A stretch of DNA of 64,000 nucleotides from Mobula hypostoma (Eukaryota), in the NCBI RefSeq assembly GCF_963921235.1, contig NC_086098.1, forward strand, positions 237,212,001 to 237,276,000, written 5' to 3'. Shown piece by piece: positions 37,711 to 50,718 of this stretch; position 1 is the stretch's first letter, and every line of letters starts with the position of its first letter. The translations under genes and the position numbers were made by a program. Below the pieces are notes generated by a model. That model worked only from the letters and a program-made list of their open reading frames with translations. It was not told the DNA's origin and ran no database searches.

Positions 37711-40700
37711 TCTAAATAAAAGAAACACAATAGAATCAATCTAAAATTGCAGACAAAGGAAGACAGACGATCAATGTGCAAAATAAAATAAATTATGCCA
37801 TACAAAAAGGAAAATAAATAAATACAGACACATTGAGTTATGGAGTTGTGAGTCCAAACGTTGTGAAATCAGTTCGGTGTTGGCATTCAGGAGCATAATG
37901 GTTGATGGTAATCACTGTTCTTGAACCTGGGGATGTAGGAGCTGAAGCTGATGCACCTTCTCGTCATGGCAACAGCGAGAAAAATAAACTTTGCCTGGAT
38001 TGTGGGGTCCTTGACGATGGATGCTGCTGCCCTCGAACAGCGTTTCTTGTAGGTGACTTCAACAGTGGGGGTGCTTTTACCTGTGGTGGACCTGACCTTC
38101 CCCACTACTTTTTGTAGACTTTTCCGTTCAAGAGAATTGGTGTGTATATCAGGCGGTAATGAAAACAGTCAGAATATGCTTCAGCATGCATCTGCAGAAG
38201 GTGGTCAACGTTTTAGATGACCTGCCGAATCAGAGAGACAGATGGGGAAAAAAGACAAGTTTGCCTTTAGCAGGCGGGGCATGGAGTACAATTCTGTGGT
38301 GAGGCCACAGCTGGAATATTAATGTATTTGAAGTTGCCGTATCATAGAAATAATCTAATTCAGTAGAGGCAGTGCATGAAAGACTCATAAGAATATAACG
38401 GGTACTGAAGGGCCTGAGTTAAAAGAAGACATTTGAAATGCTGTCCCTGAAGCGATGGGAACTGAGCGCCATCCTGCGGAGGTCAGTAACATTGTGAGTG
38501 ATACAGATAAAACATGCGGTCATGTCAGTTTCCCAAGATACAGGAGAGTAAACAGAGACCGCGGGTTCAAAGTGAAAAAGGAAAGATTTGAAGAGGAGGT
38601 GAGGGCCATTTATTCAACAAAGGACGGTTGATAATGCACATAGAATGAGCTGCCATATGAAGTGGTACAGGTGGACACAATTACACCATTCAGAACAGGT
38701 ACGTGGATAGGTGGATAGAAAAGATTTAGAAGGACATTGGCCAATTGCAGGCAAAGAAGACGAGCCCATCGATGCATCATAGTCAGCATGGACGAGATGG
38801 GCCGAAAAGCCTGTTTCCGTGCTTCAAAACTCTTTGTATTAGCTATCCCAGAATATCGAGGTGCAAACAAAAGATTTGCTCAGTCGCATATGTAACTTTT
38901 TGTAGCTTCTTCAAATAAATTAGACAGGCTCAACGATGTTCAGAGAATGGAGGGATGTGGACTTGTGTAAGTTAAACGAACTAATTTATTAGCTTTAAAA
39001 GCAATAGTTCAGCGAAACGTTGTGGGCGGTTGGGTGTGTTTCTGTGCTGTATTGTACTGTTCTACTTTCTCAGTAAAGCTAAACAAAAATAAACTATTCG
39101 TACTTCATTTCCTGCCTCGTGCGGTCTCACTTCTGCAAAACTCATCCGCCGCTCTTGCTGCCTGACATGGAAAGATATAGTATAAATGTTGACGTTAGAC
39201 CTCGCACTGAACAACCGCAGAAACGGACAGTAACGGAAAAAAATCTTATGGGGAGATAGAACTCATTAGTTACCTGACTGACCGACTGGGCATCTGTAAG
39301 AGAAGAGAGCCGTTTATTTCTATTTGTTTGAAAACCATTGATCCAATAATTTCAGATTCTAACGATATATTCACAAAAGTAATGCGTACTGTAAGTAGTT
39401 GCTATCAGATTATAGTGTCACCACATCTAGAACATGAATTATAAATACTTTTGAACCAGTTGTGTATCCGTCCACGTATCAAAAGAACGGGGGAGAGGGA
39501 AAAATGGCGGTCGGGTAATTAGAATAGAAATCAGGTTTAAGAACACTAACACGTGTCGTCTATTTTGTGGTTTTCTGGCAGCAGTATAATCAAAACATAA
39601 ACATTTATAAATCTCAGTAATGAATCTATTTTAAACTATTTTAATTTAAATAAAGTGGTGCTAAAAGAGCAAAGTCGTCAGGTAGTGTGAGGTAGTGTTA
39701 ACTAGATGGATACAATATGAAGCTGGATTGATGCTATGGAGTCCAACAGCCCACACCGCACTGAAAGATACAATCGCCTCCGAATAAAACCGTCCCAGTG
39801 CTAGGCACAGGATAAGGTTATGGTACCAGCAATCATGACAGGATTTCACTTCATTTACCCATCGCACTGTCCATAATATTATATTAATTGCAAAGTCTCC
39901 AGCTTACGCCGAAACGAAGCAGTTGCAACCAATCGAGGGGGTATAATTTTAAGGCCATTGGAGAAATGTTTAGAGAAATGTTATTACAGAGAGTGAAGGG
40001 TGTGTGGAACGCGCTGCCAGAGTTGGTGGCAGAGGCAAATAATTAAGGGCAGTTAAGAAACACACTGATGTACACATATATGGTTGAAAATGTAGTGCCG
40101 TGTAAGAGGTAAGCGTTAGAACAGGATAAATGACCAGCACAACATCGCCGATCAAAGGCACTGTAGTGTAGTGTTCTACGTTCTACCGCTAATCAGAGAA
40201 ATACCCGATCAGCAGTGTATATTTTACTTTGACTAATATTCAGCATTCCATTCATCTTGTCAAGGCCCATCAGCCCTTTGGCTTATCGCTTTCTTCTCTC
40301 TTTTTCTGCAGAAACGTTGTATACCATTGCATTTGGTGTGCATGATAAGGAAGCCTCAGACACTTTGTGAAATATCCAGGAAAACTACGATGACAACAAA
40401 GCCAAATATAGGGATTGCCTGGTGTATAAGGAAATATCCAGGAAATAAAATAAAAGTGTTGATTACCAAGCTCAAAGTCAGAGCCTTTAGGTTAAGCTGG
40501 TTATGAAATGTTCGAAATTCTCAACATTATACAAAAAGATTTGAGCATACTGGAATAAGGTGGAGAACCAATTACGAACGAAGGGTCAACAAGCAAGAAT
40601 CTGCGCCCGTCGCGAGATGAGGAAAGATTGAATAAAATTCCATGTCACCGTAAAGGAGCGTCCTGATTGCGCTCTATTTGATTATAAAGTATGTTTGATT

Positions 40701-40854
40701 GGCAAGACCCGAGTACACAGAAAACATGAAATGGTTGCGAAAATTTTCGATTAAAAACCGTTATTTTGAGCGACCAACATGAAGAATTTGTTCTCACGGG
40801 GAAATATTGAGAATCGTAGCGGAAGGATGCGGCAAAGATGGACAGAGTGGCCTT

Positions 40855-41002
40855 CTTCTGTGTGGTGAACGGATGAGAGGCTCGAACACAAAGAAGGTGA
40901 AAATGGTAGTAAGAAGAGGTTAGTTGAAGTAGTGGTGGAGAAAAAAGCTCAGATGGTTCACAAACACCAGTATGAGCAGAGGAGTTGAATGGGCTGCCAC
41001 CT
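40855..41002 (-). pseudogene. Possible decayed transmembrane exon of the 41.6-42.2 kb relic
   Basis: Acceptor ccctgcag| about 580 nt downstream of the C1 remnant. Phase-1 frame EVAAHSTPLLILVFVNHLSFFLHHYFN*PLLTTIFTFFVF is hydrophobic but interrupted by a stop. Confidence 0.25.
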
Positions 41003-41585
41003 CTGCAGGGATATTGGTGCTCCATTTAACCCTGTTAACCCTGATAAATGTTAGGGGTGGAAATGATAAACTGAAATTGGAACATAATTTCGAGAAAATT
41101 CTGATATTTTTCATTGTAACTTAATTATACTGAACCCCATCTCATAACGGGATACTGAAATATTTTGAAATGTGCTACAGAAATACAGAACAACTAGAAT
41201 AGAACAATTTGTTTTATATGCTCTTTTCCTGTGCTAAGCAAACGACTGTCGTTTTAACTTTTTTCCACTGAGGCCGGGTGAAACAAGAACGAGATGAGTT
41301 CATGGGTTAAGTGTGAATTGTTAACTGTGACCTTGTTCATTAAGAGGGCGGTGAGAGTGTGGAATAATGTGGGTTTGATTTTAAAAGTTAAGAGAAATTT
41401 GGATATGTATATGGATGGGAGGGGTATGGAGGCCTATGATTCGGGTGCGGATCCATGGGATTTGGAAGACTAATAGTTCGGCATGGACGAAGAGTGGCCA
41501 AAAGGCCGGTTTCTGTGCTGTAGTGTTCCATGATTCTGTATTAAAATATCACTGTTTCCCATTCTCGCTCAGTCATGATCATTAC

Positions 41586-42238
41586 CACTTTGATAATGAA
41601 GTTTTCGGTCGCGTTAACTCGAAGTGCGGCAAGTGCCCGGCGCCATTTCGCCAGGATTCCGCTCTGACTCCTGAAACTTTGCTTCCCGTCGCGGTCTGTT
41701 GTGGAATCCTCCCGTCCCTCGACACCAGCTCCCTAAATATCCAGGATATGGACGTGGGATCGGCGGCCACGTTTTTACGCCAAGCACATCAACTGGGCCG
41801 TGCGCACCCCATTTTACTCGGCGGCGGTGTTAAGAGAAGAATGCGCGGAGACGCTTAACCGGGATCGGAGTGGGGATGCAAATATAGTTGGGTGTACAAA
41901 TCAGGAATTACTGAGCAAATGATTGCAATTAACCTCTTGTTAACATTAAATGCCTAGTTTGGATCTGTTCGCGAACACGAAGGGCTTTTCCCTAAGTCTA
42001 TGACCGAACAGTAATACTACCCGAAACATTTCCCTGGACTTCATTAGAAATGAGGAAGTAAATGGTCGCTTTACCGTTAACTTGTCCCGATAATCTTCCG
42101 GCTGGAGGTGTGTACTCTATCACGGAGTAAACGTACTGTAAGTGTTCTTGGTGCTGCCTTTTGTATCAATTGACCTAGAACCTTAAAGATACTTCCAAGG
42201 GAAATGACCTGTGCCAACTGCGTTTGGAGGGAAACGTC
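41586..42238 (-). pseudogene. Decayed germline-joined VJ + C1 paralog
   Basis: Minus strand: acceptor cccacag| at 42238. One frame reads VN*YKRQHQEHLQYVY...PAGRLSGQVNGKATIYFLISNEVQGNVSG (W codon mutated to TGA at 42168-42166). After a 1-nt shift comes YYCSV (42016-42008), then J-like FVFANRSKL. After a short intron the C1 remnant reads SPRILLLTPPP / TAQLMCLA / TSISW / VRAESWRNGA-TC, with donor gtaatg at 41585. Multiple frameshifts and stops. Confidence 0.78.
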
Positions 42239-42409
42239 CTGTGGGCGAACAGTTTAGAATGGAAGGAATTCATCAGAATGCTATCAGGGTAAAATCTACC
42301 AAAGCTATTGTAAAAATAAAAATAGACCGGATTCAGTGTAAGATGCCCAGTCCGGTGACTAAAGTATTCGGGTTCTTAATGTCCGTTGAGACTTACGTCT
42401 TAAGGATAG

Positions 42410-42600
42410 ATAGACCGATAAAGAGACGGTGCAAGAGATGTGGAACTAGACATAGACAGATAGGCAGATAGGCAGATGGATATATAGATAGCTATAGAGA
42501 GATAGATCGACAGAGAGATAGATGATAGATGTATAGATAGATGGACGGAGAGGCAGACAGATAGACCAATGGAGGAAGACACAAAGACAAGAAAACATCA
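42410..42600. repeat. Degenerate (GATA/GACA)n tetranucleotide repeat
   Basis: Seen directly in the sequence. Confidence 0.85.
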
Positions 42601-43963
42601 GAGATCATTGCAGCGAGCGAAGGGCATTTTAAAATAACCGTGGTAGAACACGTGGAAAAGAAGTAAAGCCCTTGTCGTTGGGGGGCAGGGGGTAAGAAGA
42701 GGAGGAATGCAATAATCATCCAGTGATCGTCATTGATAGAAAACTCTAGCCACTGAGGTCGAGCGAACCCTGTTATTCTTCCAAAACTAAATATAGGATC
42801 ATTTATATCCAGCGAAAGTGTCATTTTGAGGACTGACGCGAAGCTCTGGAAATGCTGGACAAGGCGGCCTTTGCTTATCCCGTAATAATTTCAAATTAAT
42901 CGATCTTTCCCTAAAGCAGGGGTTCCAACCTGGGGTTCAAAGAGCCCTCGGTTAACGGTAGGGGCCTATGACATAAAAACGTTTGGAACCTCTGCCCTAA
43001 AGCGATCGCTCTAATGATCTCGCATTAGGATTGCCCCTCAATTCGAAGTGGCGAAGAGTAACCTGGAAGATCAGGGCGCAGTCCGTCAAAACAGTCTGTC
43101 GCGTTCGCTGCTAATTGTGCACAGAGAAATTACCTTAGATATCGGTGAGCTCGGAACGGAAGCGAAAGGCAGGCCAGATGCCGAAGTTAAGTTCTGCACT
43201 TAAATATAGCTCAATGGAAAGTCCCGCGCCGTGCCAGTTGGCGCTCAGGTTCCTGTTTACGCTTTCAATGTCAGTGATTGTGTCTAACTGCAAAGGGCGC
43301 TATATGACACATGAGCACGCGTGGAAGGTTCTGTGCGGACCAGTTTGCTTAAACTGTATGCAAGAAACAGGTGGCGTCTAGTCGCATTCAGTTGCTTCTC
43401 TCAACCTTGTGGTCCCCATACTTTATTCGAATCCCAAAACTGTATTCGACATCCGTATTCCTTTCTAATAAGGGCATGATTAGCTTGGTACCTTTGGTGT
43501 CATTTCCCTTTACTAATGTCAGACCCGTCTTTCCATCTAATATCTGAAAATCGACCCCAGCAGATACTAAAACTCGAGTGCCGTAAGGATAGAATATTTT
43601 GGAAATTTACTACGATTTTGTTGACGAAATTTCCTCTCAGCTCAGTTCTGAATGTTTGACCTTATTTTAAAGGTCGAACCTCAATCCAAGCGAATAATTG
43701 TCTGACAACTCTGCATTTTGAGTTTTTAATTGGTAGAAGAGGTAAAGACGAACGATTTAACGTGTTTGAATTACGATAGCAGTTGGTAAGATGTCACACG
43801 AACTTACGAAAGTTACTGTGATATATTGGTATTGACTAAAGGCAGGTTAACGAAAATAGAACTTTTTAAAACTTAAGGTGGGAAGTAAATAAGCAAATAT
43901 CCGAGGTACAAAGAACATGAAATATAACGCGAAAAAATGTAAGGACAAGTATTAATTTGTTAA

Positions 43964-44463
43964 CCCTTACATACAGTATATATTATATACCTTCATAGTA
44001 TGGTCCTGGTCAATCTTGACCCGGCCCAAGAATCCCCTCATTACAAGTGTCTATAGCAAATTGTGAACCACAGATCTATTTAGAATGTATAAATAGTCTA
44101 TTTGACATTAATAAATGAGAGATTAATCCTTAATTAATATTTCAGAGATCTAAAACCCATATCAATAGATACGGGTCACATTGGACCTGGAACAGCCCCA
44201 ACGTACATTAATCCTTAATTAATGTTTCAGAGATTTAATATCCATTTCAACAGATACGGGTCAAATTTGACACTGAACAGCCTCAATGTACAAAAAATTG
44301 TAGTACCTGTACAAAAGTATGAAATGTTTACATGTTTTCATTTTTGCGAATTTTAGGTCACTTTAGGAAAGTCATCAAATCTGGGCTAAAATGGCATTTA
44401 GGGTGTTTTCACTGTTGTCAAATGTCAAAACGGGTCAAATTTGAGCCGAAGAGTATGTAAGTG
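43964..44463. mobile_element. piggyBac-like MITE, copy 1 (500 bp)
   Basis: Termini ccttacatac... / ...gtatgtaagtg flanked by TTAA on both sides (43960-43963 and 44464-44467). Carries an internal ~85-bp tandem duplication (about 44130-44300). Confidence 0.75.
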
Positions 44464-44785
44464 TTAAATATAGTTTTCGCAAATACCTGAAAAAAAAAAC
44501 CCAGAAAATGCTAGAAATATCAGTAGATCACACAACATCTGAGGAACGCTCCGATGTCAAGTGGGTGCTTCTACGTTTGATAATAATAACGCCACTGAAT
44601 TCGCTCTTTCACCGTTGGAGTAGAGCCGGCTCATTCCAGCTATGGTCTTCTCAATATCATTAGCCGGAAAGAAGTAATGTAAAAGTAGGCGATCTAACAC
44701 ACGCGTAATTCGCCTTTCTTCAGTTCTGTCCTTCCTCTCGGTTTTAATATCTCAAGCGTAGTTCTGGAATTTCCATTTGTATTAC

Positions 44786-45434
44786 CTGTTGTTTCGTCTA
44801 GTGCCCTCCACTGTTCCTCCTTGAAATCTCACCAGCCGCACTCCTGACCTCGTATCTATGGTTTCTTCAGGTCCTCCAATCACGTAAATCGCCTCCAGCT
44901 CGACGTTCCCTGTATCTGTTGCTTCTTTTTGCCCGACGCTCCTTTCCATATTCTCTCCGTCTCCAAACTTAGTCGCAATCTAAATGATTGCAGCAGAAAG
45001 CTCGAGAAAAGTTCTCGCTCTGTTCTAAGTTCGTACACAGCCTGAAAATGTGTGGTCTAATGGTCCTGCAAGGAAAGAAAGGCAAGTCTAGTTGTTAATT
45101 CTGCATATATTCTATTGCATGTTATTTATAGACTCCATTAGTCCATGCTTACAGTACACTCGGTTAAAGTTTAGCTATCACTTCACGTCTATAATTGTAA
45201 AATTCTTTGTTTGCCGCTGGCATCCGGTGCCTCTCGTTCTCAATGTCGCAACCGGAAATCCCAAAATAGCTCTCCTACGCCCCCTTGCGACAGACATGGA
45301 AGCCAACTTGTGTTCTTTCCTCTCAACGCTCCGAACAACATCATCTGATGGGAAAGTAACACGGTTACTTCATTTGATACGCTCTTCACTTGAATCGTGG
45401 GCCCCGTCCATTCATCTTCTCTGGTTCCATATTC
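44786..45434 (-). pseudogene. Probable decayed V + C1 paralog
   Basis: One frame reads GPTIQVKSVSNEVTVLLSH...TSW...SGKQRILQL...DS...EC with W-to-SG and W-to-C spacing close to the intact V. Then a strong acceptor ctttctttccttgcag| at 45065 and a 280-nt segment RPHIFRL...FCC...VW...DWRT ending at a gtaat donor. Heavily degenerate. Confidence 0.4.
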
Positions 45435-45869
45435 CTTAATATGGATTATTAAGGAAATAATGGTAAGCCAGCAAGTATTAAGATAAGCTAGTGAATATGA
45501 CGGTAAGCTGGCCAATAATATAAAAGAGGACACCCGACGTTTCCTTCAGACATATAAAGAGTGAAAAAGATGCGAGCGTTGATATCGGGTCGCTGGAAAC
45601 TAAAGCTAGCTAGGGTATAACAGCACGGAGGGAAAAAAGAAATGGCAAGTCACAATACACGAAGTTGGTCGACGTAATCTCTCACACGGGGTAGCCCTGC
45701 TATCACAGCAATCGGTCCGGAAAAATCTTCGTTGCAACTCCTCTGTGCCTTGGCAAGCTGATCATTTCATAGGTCAGAAGACAAAGGCTGCTGACTGTAC
45801 TCCAGGCGTATTCTCACAAGACCCGAGATAACTGTCTGAATACATCCTTGCCCCTACGTCATCTTCCAT

Positions 45870-48800
45870 GTTTGCCGGAAGCGGCTAGTAGGGAAAGTTT
45901 AATAGAGCTGTTAGGGAGGGTTTAAACTAATTTGGCAGGGGGATGGGAACCGGAATGATAGAGCGGAGGAAGGGGAAAACAGAAATAAATCTAAGATAGT
46001 GAGCAGTAAAGATGTCAGGAAAGACAGGCAGGTGATGGGGCAAAGGCAAATTTGTAGCCATTGGTGTGAGTTGCAGTGCAATCCAGTTGCAGTTAAATCA
46101 AAGCAAAACGTATCAAATATTGGTCTTAAGGTGTTGCACTTAAATGCACGCAGCATAAGGAATAAGGTGGAAGATCTTGTTGTACAGCTACAGATTGGCA
46201 GGTATGATATTGTGGCCATCACTGAGACCTGGCTAAAGGATGCATGTCTCTGGGAGCTGAACGTCCAAGGATACACGGTGTATCGGAAGGATAGGAAGGT
46301 AGGCAGAGGGGGAGGCGTGGCTTTATTGGTAAGAAATGATATTAAATCATTAGAAAGAGGTGATATAGGATCGGAAGGTGCAGAGTCTTTATGGGTTTAG
46401 CTAAGAAATAGCAGGGGTGAAAGGACCCTGATGGCAGTTATTTATAGGCCTCCAAACAGCTGCAGGGATGTGGACTACAAATTACAACTGGAAATAGAAA
46501 AGGCTTGTCAGAAGGGCAGTGTTATGATAATTGTGGGGGATTTTAACATGCGAGTAGTTTGGGAAAATCAGGTCAGCACTGGATCTCAAGAGAGAGAATT
46601 TGTAGAATGTCTGCGAGATGGCTTTTTAGAACAGCTTGTTGTTGAGCCTACTAGGGGATCGGCTGTACTGGATTGGGCATTGTGTAATGAACCGGAGGTG
46701 ATTGGAGATATTGAGGTGAAGGAACCCTTAGGAGGCAGTGATCATAAAATGATTGAGTTCACTGTGAAATTAGAAAAAGAGAAGTCGAAATCTGATGTGT
46801 CGGTATTTCAGTGGAGTAAAGGAAATTACAGTGGCATGAGAGAGGAACTGGCCAAAGTTGACTGGAAAGATACACTGACGGGAAAGACAGCAGAGCAGCA
46901 GTTGCTGGAGTTTATGCGAGAAATGAGGAATGTGCAAAACAGGTATATTCCAAAAAAGAAGAAATTTTCGAGTGGAAAAAGGATGCAACCGTGGTTGACA
47001 AGATAAGTCAAAGTCAAAATTAAAGCAAAAGAGAGGGCATACAAGGAAGCAAAAATTAGTGGGAAGAGAGAGGATTGGGAAGTTTTTAAAACCTTACAAA
47101 AGGAAACCAAGAAGGTCATTAAGAGAGAAAAGATTAACTATGAAAGGAGGCTAGCAAATAATATCGAAGAGGATACTAAAAGCTTTTTCAAGTATATAAA
47201 GAGTAAAAGACAGGTGAGAGAAGATATAGGACAGATAGAAAACGATGCTGGAGAAATTGTAATGGGAGATGAGGAGATGGCAGAGGAACTGAAGAAGTAT
47301 TTTGCATCAGTCTTCACTGAGGAAGACAGCAGTATACCGGACAGTCAAGGGTGGCAGTGAAGAGAGATGTGCGCAGTCACAATTATGACAGAGAAAGTAC
47401 TCAGGAAGCTGACTGGGCTAAAGGTAGATAAATCTCCCGGGCCAGATGGAATGCACCCTCGTGTTCTGAAGGAAGTAGCTGTGGAGATTGCGGAGGCATT
47501 AGCGATGATCTTTCAAAAGTCGATAGATTCTGGCATGGTTCCGGAGGACTGGAAGATTGCAAATAACACTCCGCTATTTAAGTAGGGGGCAAGGAAGCAA
47601 AAAGGAAATTATAGATCTGTTAGCTTGACATCCGTGGTTGGGAAGTTGTTGGAGTCGATTGTCAAGGATGAAGTTACAGAGTACCTGGAGGCATATGACA
47701 AGATAGGCAGAACTCAGCATGGATTCCTTAAAGGAAAATCCTGCCTGACAAACCTATTACAATTTTTTGAGGAAATTACCAGTAGGCTAGACAAGGGAGA
47801 TGCAGTGGATGTTGTATATTTGGATTTTCAGAAGGCCTTTGACAAGGTGCCACACATGAGGCTACTTAACAAGATAAGAGCCCATGGAATTACGGGAAAG
47901 TTACATACGTGGATAGAGCTTTGGCTGATTGGCAGGAAACAGAGAATGGGAATAAAGGGATCCTATTCTGGTTGGCTGCCGGTTACCAGTGGTGTTCCAC
48001 AGGGATCAGTGTTGGGGCCGCTTCTTTTTACATTGTACATCAACGATTTAGATTATGGAATAGATGGCTTTGTGGCTAAGTTTGCTGATGATACGAAGAT
48101 AGGTGGAGGGGCCGGTAGCGCTGAGGAAACGGAGAGTCTGCAGAGAGACTTGGATAGATTGGAAGAATGAGCAGAGAAGTGGCAAATGAAGTACAATGTT
48201 GGAAAGTGTATGGTTATGCAGAAAAAATAAACGGACGGACTATTATTTAAATGGTGAAAGAATTCAAAGTTCTGAGATGCAACGGGACTTGGGAGTCCTC
48301 GTACAGGATACCCTTAAAGTTAACCTCCAGGTTGAGTCAGTAGTGAAGAAGGCAAATGCAATGTTGGCATTCATTTCTAGAGGAATAGAGTATAGGAGCA
48401 GGGATGTGATGTTGAGGCTCTATAAGGCGCTGTTGAGACCTCACTTGGAGTACTGTGGTCAGTTTTGGTCTCCTTATTTAAGAAAGGATGTGCTGACGTT
48501 GGAGAGGGTAAAGAGAAGATTCACTAGAATGATTCCGGGAATGAGAGGGGAAACATATGAGGAACGTTTGTCTGCTCTTGGACTGTATTCCTTGGAGTTT
48601 AGAAGAATGAGGGGAGACCTCATAGAAACATTTCGAATGTTAAAAGGCATGGACAGAGTGGATGTGGCAAAGTTGTTTCCCATGATGGGGGAGTCTAGTA
48701 CGAGAGGGCATGACTCAAGGATTGAAGGGCGCCCTTTCAGAACAGAAATGCGCAGAAATTTTTTTAGTCAGAGGGTGGTGAATCTATGGAATTTGTTGCC

Positions 48801-49003
48801 ACGGGCAGCAGTGGAGGCCAAGTCATTGGGTGTATTTAAGGCAGAGATTGATAGGTATCTGAATAGCCAGGGCATCAAAGGTTATGGTGAGAAGGCGGGG
48901 GAGTGGGACTAAATAGGAGAAAATGGATCAGCTCATGATAAAATGGCGGAGCAGACTCGATGGGCCGAATGGCCTACTTCTGCTCCTTTGTCTTATGATC
49001 TAT
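45870..49003 (+). mobile_element. CR1 LINE covering the end of ORF1 and nearly all of ORF2 (APE + RT), with several stops
   Basis: Consecutive ORFs 45999-46400 (LHLNARSIRNK, AITETW), 46431-47006 (GDFN, SDH), 47367-47585, 47625-48170 (GVPQGSVLGP, KFADD) and 48196-48912, followed by a typical 3' end. Confidence 0.95.
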
Positions 49004-50580
49004 AGTACACGTTTCTCTGAGCAACAAGTTTCCCATCCAACGTATTTTAATTATAACCGCCTATCCATTTGTCTCTCTTCTTTTGAAATTAAACCTTTGC
49101 GTTGCACACATCATGCTGAATTGCCATAGCTGTCCACTCACGGAAATCTATCTATTCATATGAGGTCTCCTCGTCGATTCAGTGCAGCGATACATTTTGT
49201 GAACAGATGAAACCGAAGGAAAGATGCTTCTCACTACTGTCTGCAGCCATGAGAAAAATCCATCCATTCCTACTGTTTCAATTGCCTCAATCCATCATCC
49301 ATTTCTGCCAGTACACAGCCCTAAATGTTCTAGTCGGGAGCGTAATTCGCACCACTGTCTGTGAGGAGTTTATACGTTTTCTGCATGACTCCGTGGGTCT
49401 CCCCCGAGTGCTCCGGATTCTTTCAACAGTCCAAAGATATACAGGTTAAGATTACTAAGGCTTGGACATGTTAGTAAGTAGGTGCAGTAATCTTGGTGAC
49501 ACTTGCAGGCTGCTCCCTGCATATCTTCGACGCAAGTGAAACATTTCACTGTATGGTTTGCTGTGCATGTAACAAATAATGCTAATCTTTGATATCTTAA
49601 ATCGAACTGTACACACTAATATTTTTGTGGAACTTCGGGAAGACTTTCTGAAATTTCAAGTGCGCCACTTACCCAAGTTGGTCCATTTCGGTGTTTAATG
49701 TCCTGGTTCATATTTTTACAGCTATGCTGTATGTATTTCATTTAGCATTTCTGTAAGAGCAGTCTGTTTTGTTTTCAGCCTGTTTGGGTTATTGATGAAG
49801 ATAAAGAAGAAGAAGGAAACCCGCAACTCCGAGTGAAGTCATCGGGACTCCGTCATGATGGCGTTTTTTTTTAGCAGGCTTTCTTATTTTTACGAGATCG
49901 AGTTGCTAGCTCGACGCTCAACCCAGTACGGATGGAAACCCTGCAAGGGGATCGGCTGGATTCGTACTCGGGAGCCTTCGCTCCGAGGTCCGGCACTATT
50001 GAAGAAGATAAGGGATGAGGAAAAGCTGTATGCCATCTAATTAGGATGGTGGAGCTGAGGGGAGGTTTCTCTGGTGAAGGACACTGAGATTGGGCTTGGG
50101 ATTTTTGTCTGGCGGGAGATAAAGAGAGAAGATGCTGGAGCGAAGAGGCGTTATTGATCGAGGATCGGTGAATATGACGAAGCATTGAGCTCTATCTTGT
50201 GCACATTTGAGTCTTTAATTAAAATCGGCCTTTTTTTGTTTGTCTTTGCTAGCCCTTTAGTTAAGTTAAGAGTCATAAATATAATTCCTCTAATCATATG
50301 CCGTTTACTCTATGTTATTTGGTGACACTAATTAGTAACATAGTAGCAAAGTGCACAGCATCCTCACAAACCGCAGTTTGAGATGAGAGAGCCGTCTCAA
50401 TCTCACTGGCTTGCCGGAATCGGAGTGTGTCTTCCCGAGACTTACGCAGTCAAAGAAACCAAGCTGATTCACGTGCTACAATTATATCCTCAAAAGTTCC
50501 TACCAGCTGTTTCTAACAGCGCTTCCCTATCCTTAATTCCAATGTCACTATTACGTTGAGAATTCCAGGTATTCTCTCTC

Positions 50581-50716
50581 NNNNNNNNNNNNNNNNNNNN
50601 NNNNNNNNNNNNNNNNNNNNNNNNNNNNNNNNNNNNNNNNNNNNNNNNNNNNNNNNNNNNNNNNNNNNNNNNNNNNNNNNNNNNNNNNNNNNNNNNNNNN
50701 NNNNNNNNNNNNNNNN
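50581..50716. other. Assembly gap (136 N)
   Basis: Run of N between a TC microsatellite start and the MITE terminus. Confidence 0.99.
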
Positions 50717-50718
50717 AA

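Noticed and set aside
49779-49836. Possible terminal exon LFGLLMKIKKKKETRNSE* after a good acceptor
   Set aside because: No upstream exons could be linked to it, and it sits in an LTR-like stretch (TGTAAG... to ...GTAACA, no matching TSD found).
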